Source: Candidatus Latescibacterota bacterium
GTDB taxonomy: Bacteria > Latescibacterota > UBA2968 > GCA-2709665
Assembly: GCA_965219455.1 (NCBI GenBank)
Contig: OZ244744.1
Coordinates: 4,192,001 to 4,256,000 of the forward strand
Reading direction: 5' to 3'
DNA: 64,000 nucleotides
The translations under genes were made by a program, and so were the position numbers. Below, piece after piece: positions 10,801 to 21,619 of this stretch. Numbering within the stretch: position 1 is the stretch's first letter; the number at the start of each line of letters is the position of its first letter. Below the pieces are notes generated by a model. The model worked only from the letters and a program-made list of their open reading frames with translations, was not told the origin of the DNA and did no database searches.

Positions 10801-10863
10801 ATCGGCGAACCATTCGACGTGTTTTCAACGGCCGTCGGTGATCAGGTCAGAATTGTGGCGTAG
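7816..10863 (+). CDS. Tat-exported heparinase II/III-like polysaccharide lyase (lipoprotein)
   Basis: 'LTRREFL' Tat motif plus LAAGC lipobox; 'GGHHHYDTL', 'DIGY' and 'SHNTVVVDG' heparinase II/III motifs; start moved to MSDKD (7816). Confidence 0.8.
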   Translation: MSDKDLTRREFLQGAGLGTMALAAGCDPALWRSDMGIERIDCSRETRYWEGERPFPRGVAHPLFYTPDQIERARRRVESHDWAKRFRDGQLRWIARRKILEMPDETIRAGISEQVNFPLPRCPVDRRKRSWRIHFWKWSPEDPDHVRCEICGSVFPGPDHRPVGEIEVVGPAGGVVRYRYWEDEEGMRYFFENMLLNYTQYHVIRMADPLSIAYALTGEIAYAQKAAVILDRLSEVYRNYPVHGLGVAYLHADRRGFYENHFYKAPPFPFVSARMGNFHASPFSDANNAFRLAQVYDLISESGAIEKLSEAEGRDVRRAIERDLLYEAIRHTLETPHGSTNYDGGRINGLALAGRVLDEPDFVANAYMLYRTLIDNCYFYDGYWHEDTLNYFNMITGGTLRVPDVISGPGGIDVYGEMPFLERIYTAPLGLFMPDGRTLMANDTWALSTGVARVSSRIGSMARFVEAADEIAGTSRIPVADVEYALFRRSSEAGRRVTEDDLLALAPSNYLLPGAGDVILGVGLSKEAVRGTLCYGPWGGHHHYDTLAMGMDVFGQELLSDIGYTHTRYREWATTVGSHNTVVVDGQEQTRDSGRLRCYHPASGTRVGLVCAEAPGAFRNATVYRRTMMLVPTGTDSGYVVDLFEVKGGDVHDYLLHGSADFDQALSVDVELQPADEEMILSGEGTDGALYGYLKRTRGADVSGELEVRFEGKGTLVDVRFLGVQAGRLLVSDAPSIRRTQEDDGKLDDFWFPVVCLRNRNGASRFVSVIEAHRGRSVIQDAKLVAQDRAGVVLRVTERGRVRTIAIDPEGVGLATNLPDGRRFELRGRAGVMSESSTEIDLDVIDGSLLRVGEATIEQIRDYEGTITGLAGDMSGEPGRSELEVDIPLPEDGSLDGKVIYVRHPSGLETVYLVKRIEREDDGSRVYLADMPRFVRGRGEVASGKRSRFDSNVDHPKEGAYPGCRLRIGDRVFTIRKMRGRTTFVVEEAFDFSEVIGEPFDVFSTAVGDQVRIVA

Positions 10864-10998
10864 CCCTCGTTAATCCCCGAATCTGTGAGATTCACTCCGG
10901 CGAACCATCCACGCTTCTCCCGGATGTGCGATGTCCGCGACCCGATTTGCAATGACTCGCACGGTACGCCAGGGTCTTGATAGACGGTAATCGGCGGG

Positions 10999-11730
10999 TC
11001 AGTTTTCTTCTTCCTCGCCGGCGTAGGTATGGCCGCCCAGGATTGCCCGGACTTCGGCGGCTGAAGAGGCGCTAAGCAGCGCCCCCATTCTTTCTTCCTC
11101 CTCCTCTTGCAGTGCACGGACGTTGTTGAGAACGGCTTCCAGTTTGTCGGAGGGGAACTTGCACGCGCCGTTTTCGTCCATGTGGACGATTTCGCCCGGC
11201 GCGACGTCCATCCCGCCTACAGAGACCGGAACATTGACGGCGTGTACCGCCATGCCGCCGTGCCCGGCGGTGACGCCGCTGAGCATGTACTGAAATTTCA
11301 TGGGCCGGATCTCGTCGATGTCCCTGGAGGGGCCGTTGGAGATGGCGCCCACGCAGCCGACCGCCTTCATTGCCGAGGTCATGTTTCCACCGGCCAGTCC
11401 GACCTTGGCCGCGAGTTCAGGCGGGAATTTCTGCTGGAAGACGAGGACCGTCGGTTTCGGAGACGCGTCCATGGCGTCGATCACGTCCAGAAACGACAGA
11501 GAGTTGTAGTCGGGGTCGGGCAGTCCGAAGACGCAGGTCACCGCGTAACCGACCGTGCGGCCCAGTTCGGGATACATGCACCGTATGGATTGGTCCGTAT
11601 ACCAGTTTTCCGTCCAGGGATTGTAGAGGCTCAGGCAAAGCGGGTCGCCGGGATAAGTGGCCACGACATTCGTGATTGACGGGGTGTCGAAATTTTTCAA
11701 TTCTTCCAGCATTTCCTGAGAGGTCGCCAT
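10999..11730 (-). CDS. RraA family protein (HMG/CHA aldolase-like)
   Basis: 'GRTVGYAVT', 'GGNM', 'NGPSRDIDEI', 'VAPGEIVHMDENG'. Confidence 0.85.
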   Translation of the reverse strand: MATSQEMLEELKNFDTPSITNVVATYPGDPLCLSLYNPWTENWYTDQSIRCMYPELGRTVGYAVTCVFGLPDPDYNSLSFLDVIDAMDASPKPTVLVFQQKFPPELAAKVGLAGGNMTSAMKAVGCVGAISNGPSRDIDEIRPMKFQYMLSGVTAGHGGMAVHAVNVPVSVGGMDVAPGEIVHMDENGACKFPSDKLEAVLNNVRALQEEEEERMGALLSASSAAEVRAILGGHTYAGEEEEN

Positions 11731-11811
11731 CTGGGACTCCTTCGGTTTTTTGCGGGATTAGTGTAAGTACGTCGATCCTTCCCTTCCCCATCGCGTGGGA
11801 CCGGTTCTGTC

Positions 11812-12627
11812 TTATCCTTCTCTGGGGAGGAGTTGCAGGGGCTGTACAATCCGGCGGCGCGCCGGCGTGAGTCTTTGCAGGAGTTCCGGTGACGGTTGAT
11901 AACCGTGGCGAAAGTTTCCCCATGAGGGTCCGTACCGGTAGACAACCACGCGCCGGGTACCCGGGTTGGACCGCCGGGCGGAGCCGTGTGAGATGCCGTC
12001 CACAAATAGAAGCGCGTCCCCCGCGGCCATTTGGATTTCGACGGCGCCTTCAATGCCTTCGACAGTGGCGTTTCTGGACATCCTGTGTCTGTCGAAGTTC
12101 GGGTGTTTGAAGTTGGATTTATGGCTTCCGGGGATGACCATGGTGCCGCCGTCACCGGGTCCGACGTCGGTAAGCGCAATGAGGATGTTGATCTGGCCAC
12201 ACATAAAGCGCCCGCCGTGGTAGCGGAACTGATTGCGCAAAATGGGCGGGTATCCACCGGAGTGCAGCCCGATGGCTTCGCCGGGTTCGCGAAAATTCGC
12301 GAAATTCTCGTCGATGAACAAGGGGCCGTGGTGGTAGTCGAAGCTGCCTTCGCCTCCCACAAAGCGCTTCACCTTTTCAAACCACGAGGGATGGTCGATC
12401 AGTTTCTCGAAGGGCTCCCCGGCTTCATAAATCTGCTGCAGGTTCAGTCCAGAGGTGTCGTCGCCGTAGGTGTGCGCCTGAATATGGCCGAACCACTCCC
12501 CTGGCCTGATTGGAGGTATTTCATCCAGGCAGGCATTGAGTTCCCCAACTTCCAACCGGGTGAGCGCGTTATTGAGATGTAGATAACCGCGAAGGTCAAA
12601 CAGGTACGTTGCCAGATCGATATCCAT
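11812..12627 (-). CDS. Phytanoyl-CoA dioxygenase (PhyH) family Fe(II)/2-oxoglutarate enzyme
   Basis: 'FDLRGYL', 'DGGTMVIPGSHKS', 'AGDALLF...SHG'; first metal motif is HSG. Confidence 0.85.
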   Translation of the reverse strand: MDIDLATYLFDLRGYLHLNNALTRLEVGELNACLDEIPPIRPGEWFGHIQAHTYGDDTSGLNLQQIYEAGEPFEKLIDHPSWFEKVKRFVGGEGSFDYHHGPLFIDENFANFREPGEAIGLHSGGYPPILRNQFRYHGGRFMCGQINILIALTDVGPGDGGTMVIPGSHKSNFKHPNFDRHRMSRNATVEGIEGAVEIQMAAGDALLFVDGISHGSARRSNPGTRRVVVYRYGPSWGNFRHGYQPSPELLQRLTPARRRIVQPLQLLPREG

Positions 12628-12687
12628 GGATGTTCCTACGGGGTGTTTTGAAACCTGGGGACGGAACGCCGTCGCAGGTCAAATGGT

Positions 12688-13680
12688 TCAAGTTTTGCGC
12701 GCCGTGAGGATGCTCGATCCGTTCGGTTGCCTGATCCGCCGGACATTCCCGAATCCCGCCTGGGTCAACCAGGTTCTGTACTCGCATTCCGTGTAGGCGC
12801 GCCCCCCGCGATAGATGTTGAGGAAGACGATGTTGAAGATGGCAGCTTCGGGCGGTGAATATCGGCAGTCGTCCAGGATGCCGTTACCCAGGATGTAGAT
12901 GGCGCTGCCGGGCTTGAGTACGGCGCCTATGTGCGATAGGGCCCGACCTGCCTGGCATGGAGGAAGGGTCTGGATAAAGGCTTTGACCACAGCCGCGTCA
13001 AACTCGCCCGGAACGGGTTCTCGGGTGGCGTCTATCGCGAGGGTTCGGATCCGGTCGGTCGCATTCGCCTCACGGATGAAGCGTCTTGTAACAGGGATCA
13101 CTTCGGCCAGGTCCAGAACGGTTGCGCTAAGCTTGGGGCAGGCTTGGCTAACGCCGATGGCCAGCCCGCCCGAACCCCCGCCGACGTCCAGCAGGCGCGT
13201 GCAGGATGAAATATCGAAGCGCTCTGCCAGGTTCCGGCCGGTCGCCAGCGACTCGTCGTGAAGTCCACGGAAGAATGTGTACAGCTGACCGGGGGTCATG
13301 TTTCCAAAGCTGTGTTCGGCCTGAGGTTGGTCCAGCCGAATCGAGTCCGCGGTCTTGAGGGTTGCCGACCACAGGTCGGAGAGCAGGTGGTGGACGTTGC
13401 CCACGTAGTTGGGGCTGGTCTCTACCAGGTGATGCCGAGCCTCGCTGCCGTTGAAGAAGCGATTGTTTTCAACGCCCAACAGGCCCGTTGCCGCCAGCGC
13501 GTAAAGTAGAGGGGAGAGACGCTCGGCCGACACCTGGATTCTTGCGGCGATCTGTTCCGAATCAAGTGGGCCGTCCGCCAGGGTCGTGAAGACGCCAAGC
13601 TGCATACCGGCCAGCAGGGCGAACGAGGAATAGGCATTCTGGATCAGGCGCGATATCGTCTCGGCTTCGGGCACTTCCAT
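12688..13680 (-). CDS. SAM-dependent O-methyltransferase (ASMT/CrtF-like, with dimerisation domain)
   Basis: N-terminal winged helix 'LGVFTTLADGP', 'LLDVGGGSG' SAM motif, C-terminal 'GRAYT..EY..WL..AGF'. Confidence 0.88.
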   Translation of the reverse strand: MEVPEAETISRLIQNAYSSFALLAGMQLGVFTTLADGPLDSEQIAARIQVSAERLSPLLYALAATGLLGVENNRFFNGSEARHHLVETSPNYVGNVHHLLSDLWSATLKTADSIRLDQPQAEHSFGNMTPGQLYTFFRGLHDESLATGRNLAERFDISSCTRLLDVGGGSGGLAIGVSQACPKLSATVLDLAEVIPVTRRFIREANATDRIRTLAIDATREPVPGEFDAAVVKAFIQTLPPCQAGRALSHIGAVLKPGSAIYILGNGILDDCRYSPPEAAIFNIVFLNIYRGGRAYTECEYRTWLTQAGFGNVRRIRQPNGSSILTARKT

Positions 13681-13691
13681 AAAGCTGTTTC

Positions 13692-14555
13692 TTATCGTTC
13701 GACTTGGACGTTGCCGTCTTCGTCCACGGTGAGGGAGGGAACTTCGCCTTTGTGATTGGAATAAGGCCCGAACATGACCGCGCGCTGTTCGTCGGTCATT
13801 CCATCAACGAGGTCTTCGCCCCAGTATATTTCCGGGGGGGCCAGTTGACTCGCCGGACCGCCACGCACACACGAACGGGCGGCGTATTTGAACAGCACGG
13901 AGCGGCGGGGCCGCTCGCTTTGCCAGGGACGCGTGCCATGGGTCTGCGCTCCGTCCATGAAAAACAGGACATCGCCTGCCCGCATGGCTGGCTGTACAAC
14001 GGTACCCATGTCGTCGTCGCACGTACGCACGCCCGGAGGCATTGGAAACCCGGATTTGTGGCTGCCGGGTACGCAGGTGAATCCTCCGTCCTCCGGGTTT
14101 ACGTCGGCGAGTTGCCAGCTTACCGTGACGCCGCCGCAGTAGGTTTGACTGTTCTGGTGATTGTATGCCACGTAGGGTCTGTGCGGTTCGCCGGCGCCGT
14201 GCATGGTCAGGCCTTCGGTGCCTTTGACGCCGGATATGAGCAATGGACCGTGATCCAGTCGAAAGCCGGCGCCGCACATCACGTTCAGGCGCAGGACGAC
14301 GGAGGGGTGGGCCAGCATCTCTCGGAACGGTTCACAGTACGGGCGTTCCATTTGCAGGAGGCCGTGCATGGTGGGGCGTCCGGTGCCCCGGAGGGTATGT
14401 GAGCCTCGCGCACCCCGATTGTCGTCGCCCACGTGTATCCGGTCCTGGTGCCGGTCGATGGCTTCGTTCGCAGCGGTGATTTCTTCGGGTGTCAGCACGC
14501 CTTGTACGACGAGATAGCCCGTGAGATCCCAGAAATAGCGTTCTTTTGCGTCCAT
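13692..14555 (-). CDS. PhyH family Fe(II)/2-oxoglutarate enzyme
   Basis: 'YFWDLTGYL', 'DGGFTCVPGSHKS', 'AGDVLFF...THG'; first metal motif is HGA. Confidence 0.85.
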   Translation of the reverse strand: MDAKERYFWDLTGYLVVQGVLTPEEITAANEAIDRHQDRIHVGDDNRGARGSHTLRGTGRPTMHGLLQMERPYCEPFREMLAHPSVVLRLNVMCGAGFRLDHGPLLISGVKGTEGLTMHGAGEPHRPYVAYNHQNSQTYCGGVTVSWQLADVNPEDGGFTCVPGSHKSGFPMPPGVRTCDDDMGTVVQPAMRAGDVLFFMDGAQTHGTRPWQSERPRRSVLFKYAARSCVRGGPASQLAPPEIYWGEDLVDGMTDEQRAVMFGPYSNHKGEVPSLTVDEDGNVQVER

Positions 14556-14596
14556 CGTATACTCCGGAGACGTTCCGTGACGGTGTAAATGCTCAT

Positions 14597-15472
14597 TCAG
14601 GCGATCCAGGTCTTGTGGCCGTCGGATCCAAGCCGGGGAAAGTCGTTACCGGTGTGGACTCCGGGACCGTAGAGGACGGCCTTCTGTTCAGGTGTGAGGT
14701 CGCGGACCCATTCCCCCCAGCGCGCTTCTGGTGCGAAGTGGCGACCTGTCGCCCGCGCGACGGCCCGGGAGGCATATTTGTAGAGAACGGAGCGGCGTCC
14801 GTGTTTCCCCTTCCAGGGAAGGGTGCCGTGCGTGGCGGTTTCGGCAAAAAACAGGACGTCACCGGCTCTCATCGCTGGCTGTACAACCAGGTCCTTGTGG
14901 TCTTCTACGGACCGTACGCCCGCCGGGGTGGGTTCGCGTGTCTTGTGGCTGCCGGGTACGATGCAGAAGCCGCCGTCGCCCTTATTGACGTCAGCCAGTT
15001 GCCATGCGACGGTGACACCCCGGCAGTAAATGTTGCCATTCTGCTGGTGGTACCATACGGAAGGACTGAAAGGTTCGCCCGCGCCGTGCAACTGGTGACC
15101 CTCGGCGCCGGCTTCGGCGCCTATAAGCAGGGGGCCATGGTCAAGGCGGAATCCCGTACCGGACATGACGTTCAGGCGGGAGACCACAACGGGATGGACG
15201 AGGAGTTTGCGGAATGGCTCGCGGTAGGGTGTCGGCCAGCCGAGCATCCCCGTGAGTTCCGTCCGCCCCTGTTTGCCCTCCAGGGCCGATGAGCCGCCCG
15301 CGAGGCTGTGGGACTTGATGGGGCGTGTGGACATGTGGTCGGCAAAGCGATCAAGAGCGCTATTGCATTCCTGTGCCTCTTCGACCGTGAGGGCGTTTCT
15401 AACGACGAGATACCCGGTCAGGTCGAAGAAATATCGTTCTTCAGCCGACATGAGGTACAGGTTGGCGGCCAT
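14597..15472 (-). CDS. PhyH family Fe(II)/2-oxoglutarate enzyme
   Basis: Close paralog of the adjacent gene (shared RLNVM.G.GFRLDHGPLLI, HGAGEP, VVQPAMRAGDVLFF). Confidence 0.85.
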   Translation of the reverse strand: MAANLYLMSAEERYFFDLTGYLVVRNALTVEEAQECNSALDRFADHMSTRPIKSHSLAGGSSALEGKQGRTELTGMLGWPTPYREPFRKLLVHPVVVSRLNVMSGTGFRLDHGPLLIGAEAGAEGHQLHGAGEPFSPSVWYHQQNGNIYCRGVTVAWQLADVNKGDGGFCIVPGSHKTREPTPAGVRSVEDHKDLVVQPAMRAGDVLFFAETATHGTLPWKGKHGRRSVLYKYASRAVARATGRHFAPEARWGEWVRDLTPEQKAVLYGPGVHTGNDFPRLGSDGHKTWIA

Positions 15473-15507
15473 TGTGCCTCCTGGCTAAACGAAATATAGT
15501 GGTTGAC

Positions 15508-16506
15508 CTACTGCGAAGTCTGGGTTCCGAACCCTTGCCGACGCTTCGCCTGCTCTTCCTCCCAATCCGCCATCACCTCGGCGGTCCGGCGCAGGAGTTG
15601 CTCGTCCTTTTCAGCGCGGACCGCGTGCGGATCACGGTCCGCCCAGTTGTAGTAGCCGTTTCCGGATTCCAGTCCGGTGGCTCCCGTTGCGACGAGCGCC
15701 TGGAGGTGGGCCAGTGGCTGCTCCCACCCGGCCAGGGTCCGCCAGAGATGCGAGGCCACGCGAACGTGCATCGTCAGACCGTTGATGTCTCGTTGTTCCA
15801 GCGGGCCTGCGGTGGTGAATCTGGGCGCCAGTCCCAGCCGGAAGGCGGCGTCGATATCTTCGGCGGTAGCGACGCCCGAGGCCAGCAGGTCCACGGCTTC
15901 TCGGATGAGCGCGTGTTGCAGCCGGTTGACGAGAAACCCGGGCACATCCTTGTTCACGTGAAGGGGAAAGTAGCCCAGCCGTTGCCAGATGCTGGCGATG
16001 CGATCCAATGTCTCGTTCGAGGTCTGTTCGCCGCGGACTATTTCGGCAACGGGAACGATGTGAGCCGGCTGTACGAAATGGGAGCCCGCAACGCGATTCC
16101 TGTGACGCGCGAGTTCCGCAAGTCTGCTGATGGGAAGGCCAGACGTGTTGCTGACGAGGGGAACATCCCTCTCCGACAGGGTATCCAGGCGCTGGAAGAG
16201 CGCCTGTTTGGCGGCGAGGTCTTCGGTGATGGATTCCACGATAAAAGCGGAATCGGCAGCCGCAACTTCCAGGTCCGTTGTGGTACGTATTCGGTCCAGG
16301 ACGATTTCAGGCGTTTCACCCCGCAGCCGGTTGTGCCGGTGGAGGTCCCTCGCGTATCTTTGCAGGTTCTTTCGGGCATCCACGAGGCTTTCCGCCCGCC
16401 GGCCGATCAGCCAGGTTTGCTTGCTCCCCAGGGCCAGGACCAGAGCGATCTGACTACCCATCAGACCGGCGCCGACAACGGTGGATTTTTCCAGGAAAAG
16501 GTCCAT
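15508..16506 (-). CDS. 3-hydroxyacyl-CoA dehydrogenase family protein
   Basis: 'VVGAGLMG' Rossmann motif, 'SNTSGL', 'HFVQPAH', 'KDVPGFLVNRLQHAL'. Confidence 0.88.
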   Translation of the reverse strand: MDLFLEKSTVVGAGLMGSQIALVLALGSKQTWLIGRRAESLVDARKNLQRYARDLHRHNRLRGETPEIVLDRIRTTTDLEVAAADSAFIVESITEDLAAKQALFQRLDTLSERDVPLVSNTSGLPISRLAELARHRNRVAGSHFVQPAHIVPVAEIVRGEQTSNETLDRIASIWQRLGYFPLHVNKDVPGFLVNRLQHALIREAVDLLASGVATAEDIDAAFRLGLAPRFTTAGPLEQRDINGLTMHVRVASHLWRTLAGWEQPLAHLQALVATGATGLESGNGYYNWADRDPHAVRAEKDEQLLRRTAEVMADWEEEQAKRRQGFGTQTSQ

Positions 16507-16602
16507 ATATTACGATTCGCCTTTGAAGACGGGACGCGCCCGTGAAGCGGGCCTTCAACGATTCACGGGCAGCCGCCACACCGCCCTTTTCCCCGGCCGA
16601 TG

Positions 16603-17898
16603 CTATATATCTACTTCAACCCGCTTGAGGGCCTCCTCAGCGGCCTCCAGTGTCCGGTCGATGTCCGCCTCGGTGTGGGCAAGCGAAAAATAGATCTTAC
16701 TGCCCGGGTTGAAGAAGATGCCACGTTTGATCATTTCAATGCCGAATTGCTTGGCGGCACCTGCGTCGGCTCTCAGTGTGTCGGCGTAGTTTCGGATTTC
16801 GATATCCGCGAAATAGGGCTGCAGGACCGGTCCTTCGCCCAGGACTTGAAGGGGCAGCCCCGCCCGTGCGCCGAGTGCTTCCAGGCCGTTCCTTAGACGT
16901 GCGGGGATTTCGTAGAGCCGTGTGTAGACGCCGTCGGTTTCCAGTACGTCTAACGTTGCCAGGCCGGCGGCGGCGCTGACGGGGTTCCCATTAGTGGTGC
17001 CGCTCACAAAGGCATACGGCGCGTTCCCTTTACGGCGGGGGTCGGCGAATGAGAGGATATCCGCGCGCCCACAGACGGCGGCCATCGGATACCCACCGCT
17101 AATCGTCTTTCCGTAGACGGCGACGTCCGGTACGACGCCGTAGCGCTCCTGTGCGCCGCCCCAGGCGATGCGGAAGCCGGTAACGACTTCGTCGAAAATG
17201 AGGATGGTGCCGTGGGTGCTTGAAGCTTGCCGGATGGCTTCCAGAAAGCCGGGTTCGGGCCTAAGGGCGCGTTGAAAGGGTTCGACGATAACGGCCGCCA
17301 GGTCGTCTGCGTAGGACGCGATGAGTTCTTCGGCGACGTTGGCATCGTTGAAAGGGGCGACCAGAACCGATTGGCCGACGGTTTTGGGTATGCCGTGGGA
17401 GTCGGGGACGGGCAAAGGACCGTCCGTGGGCTTCGGCGGTGTCGTGCTCTGCTGGGCGTAGTCGTGGGCTCCGTGCCAGCCGCCCTCGAATTTCAGGATC
17501 TTCTCGCGGCCGGTGAACGCCCGCGCCATTCGCAGCGCGGAAAAAGTACCTTCGGTGCCCGAGGAGGTGAAGCGGATGGATTCCCCGCAGGGCGAGGCTT
17601 CAACGATGCGCTCGGCCAGCCGGATGATGGGTTCGTTGAGCGCGTAGAAGGTCGAGCCCAGCGCAACCTGGCGTTGGACGGCTTCGACCACAGCGGGGTG
17701 GGCGTGGCCCAGGATGAGCGGGCCGGATCCGAGGACGTAGTCGATATACTCCCGGCCTTCGGTGTCGTAGATCCGGCAACCGTTTCCGCGCCGGATCACG
17801 GTTGCGACTTCGTCCGGCATCCGAAAGCTGCCCAGACAGCCGCCGGCAAGGTAGCGGTCGGCCTTTTCAAGCAGATCTCGCATCGGCTTGTTTTCCAT
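16603..17898 (-). CDS. Class III PLP aminotransferase (glutamate-1-semialdehyde aminomutase-like)
   Basis: 'GPLILGHAHP', 'SSGTEG', 'FDEVVTGFR', PLP lysine in 'GKTISGG'. Confidence 0.88.
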   Translation of the reverse strand: MENKPMRDLLEKADRYLAGGCLGSFRMPDEVATVIRRGNGCRIYDTEGREYIDYVLGSGPLILGHAHPAVVEAVQRQVALGSTFYALNEPIIRLAERIVEASPCGESIRFTSSGTEGTFSALRMARAFTGREKILKFEGGWHGAHDYAQQSTTPPKPTDGPLPVPDSHGIPKTVGQSVLVAPFNDANVAEELIASYADDLAAVIVEPFQRALRPEPGFLEAIRQASSTHGTILIFDEVVTGFRIAWGGAQERYGVVPDVAVYGKTISGGYPMAAVCGRADILSFADPRRKGNAPYAFVSGTTNGNPVSAAAGLATLDVLETDGVYTRLYEIPARLRNGLEALGARAGLPLQVLGEGPVLQPYFADIEIRNYADTLRADAGAAKQFGIEMIKRGIFFNPGSKIYFSLAHTEADIDRTLEAAEEALKRVEVDI

Positions 17899-18187
17899 TG
17901 GACGTTCCCAGGGTACCATGGAAGAGGGGTCGGGGCGGCGTCTGACGGCTCCATAAGATATCGCTGTGCAGGCGATCTGTCACGTTCTTTCGCAGTGTGT
18001 CTGAAAGCGAAGGGGTCTACAATATCCAATAAGCAAATCTACAGACAGTTGTTTCAGTACAATGAGATGCATTCATTGAACCGGGTGTGAGGCGTCAATC
18101 CCGGGGCGCGCATGGAGTGGCGCTTCCGGCATGTGCAACCTCGCATCGCATTCCGACGACCCGATAGGTAAGGCAACGGAGGCAGGT

Positions 18188-19552
18188 ATGACAAGGGGTA
18201 GTTCAGAAATACCTAACGTGGTGGTTTTTTATACCGATCAACAACGATGGGATACAACCGGCGTTCACGGGAACCCCATGGATCTGACACCCAATTTCGA
18301 CCGGATGGCACAGCGGGGCACCCATGTATTCAATTCATTTACGTGCCAGCCCGTCTGTGGTCCCGCGCGATCCTGTCTGCAGACCGGGTTGTATGCGACG
18401 ACAACGGGGTGCTTTCGCAATGGAATCCCTCTGCCCCCGGATAGTCGGACCCTGGCACACCACTTCAGAGACGCCGGTTACCGCACGGCATATATCGGCA
18501 AGTGGCATCTGTACGGTCGGGGAGCGACCGGACCGGTACCACGGGAGGGACGTGGAGGCTACGAATACTGGCTGGCGTCGAACGTGCTCGAATTCACGTC
18601 GGAGGCCTACCGGACGATCCTGTACGACAACGAGGGAGAGCCGGTGGACCTGCCGGGATATCGGGTCGATGCGGTAACGGATGCGGCCATCCGGTATATT
18701 CACGCGAATAGGGAACGTCCGTTTTTTCTGTTTGTATCCTATATCGAACCCCACCACCAGAACCATATCGACGATTATCCGGCGCCGGATGGTTACCGGG
18801 AACGGTATAGCGGCGGGTGGATACCGCCTGATCTGGCGTCACTGGGCGGATCGGCCCATCGCCATCTCGGTGGTTATTACGGGATGGTGAAGCGGCTGGA
18901 TGAGGCACTGGGGAGGATGCTGGACGCGCTGAAGAGTACGGGCATGACGGAACGGACGGTCGTGATGTTTACGTCGGACCACGGTTGCCACTTCAAGACT
19001 CGGAACGCCGAGTACAAACGGTCCTGCCACGAGAGTTCGATTCGGGTGCCTACGGCTCTTCAGGGGCCGGGATTTGACGGCGGGGGGCGTATCTCTGATT
19101 TGGTGAACACGATCGACCTGACGCCTACCCTTCTGGATGCGGCAGGGATTCCGGTGCCCGGAGAGATGCAGGGGAGTTCGATCCTGCCGCTGACCGTCGG
19201 GGACAACGGGGGGTGGCCCGAGGAGACGTTTGTGCAGATCAGCGAGGCGCAGGTCGGACGGGCCGTGCGCACCCACAGGTGGAAGTACGGCGTGAATGCG
19301 CCGGGACGCCACGGTGCGCAACACGCGGGGTCGGATCGGTACATCGAACAATATCTGTACGACCTGGAGGCAGACCCGTACGAACTGTGCAACCTTATCG
19401 GCATGACCTCACATGGGGAGGTGGCTGAGATAATGAGGCAGAGGCTGCTTCGCCGAATGGTTGAAGCCGGCGAGGAGGCGCCGGACGTCCAAACGGCTGA
19501 AGTCAGGGAAAACGGACAGCGACGGGTGTCGCCGATTGAAGCACGAAGCTGA
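18188..19552 (+). CDS. Formylglycine-dependent sulfatase
   Basis: 'CGPAR' CxPxR motif, 'YIGKWHL', 'TSDHG'; GGAGG RBS before 18188. Confidence 0.9.
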   Translation: MTRGSSEIPNVVVFYTDQQRWDTTGVHGNPMDLTPNFDRMAQRGTHVFNSFTCQPVCGPARSCLQTGLYATTTGCFRNGIPLPPDSRTLAHHFRDAGYRTAYIGKWHLYGRGATGPVPREGRGGYEYWLASNVLEFTSEAYRTILYDNEGEPVDLPGYRVDAVTDAAIRYIHANRERPFFLFVSYIEPHHQNHIDDYPAPDGYRERYSGGWIPPDLASLGGSAHRHLGGYYGMVKRLDEALGRMLDALKSTGMTERTVVMFTSDHGCHFKTRNAEYKRSCHESSIRVPTALQGPGFDGGGRISDLVNTIDLTPTLLDAAGIPVPGEMQGSSILPLTVGDNGGWPEETFVQISEAQVGRAVRTHRWKYGVNAPGRHGAQHAGSDRYIEQYLYDLEADPYELCNLIGMTSHGEVAEIMRQRLLRRMVEAGEEAPDVQTAEVRENGQRRVSPIEARS

Positions 19553-19681
19553 TTCTGCTTAGTATTAGAACCGTGATGAGGAACGGAGTAATGCGGCCGA
19601 CTCTGTCTCGACACGTAGCGTTGAGACAGATGAAATTTATTACGGTCTCTGACGGAGAATCGGTCGATCACCCGACGATAT

Positions 19682-21436
<1,755 letters not shown>

Positions 21437-21451
21437 CTAGGAGCATAAAGC

Positions 21452-21483
21452 ACAAAGGGCCGCCCCCCTGGTAGGGAACGGCC
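21452..21483 (-). terminator. Expression-platform terminator of the TPP riboswitch
   Basis: Minus strand GGCCGTTCCCTACCAGGGGGGCGGCC hairpin followed by CTTTGTGCTTT; its 5' arm CCGTTCCCTAC can alternatively pair with the aptamer 3' end GTAGGGAAGCGG. Confidence 0.6.
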
Positions 21484-21508
21484 TCTTGATTGGCTGCAAG
21501 ACCTTTAT

Positions 21509-21583
21509 TCCGCTTCCCTACGCTGGCATAATCCAGATCAGGTTCCAAGGGTATGATCTCAGCCGTTCGGCACCCCACGCGGA
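21509..21583 (-). ncRNA. TPP riboswitch (THI element)
   Basis: Minus strand GGGGTGC..GGCTGAGA..ATACCC..GAACCTGATCTGGATTATGCCAGCGTAGGGAAG directly upstream of thiC; TTGACA-17-TATCTT promoter at 21623-21595. Confidence 0.95.
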
Positions 21584-21619
21584 TCTTACTATACAAGATA
21601 TAGGGGAAAAAGAAATCTG

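Noticed and set aside
16603-17898. Naming the aminotransferase hemL
   Set aside because: The family motifs fit, but the sequence and its non-tetrapyrrole context suggest a paralog with another substrate.
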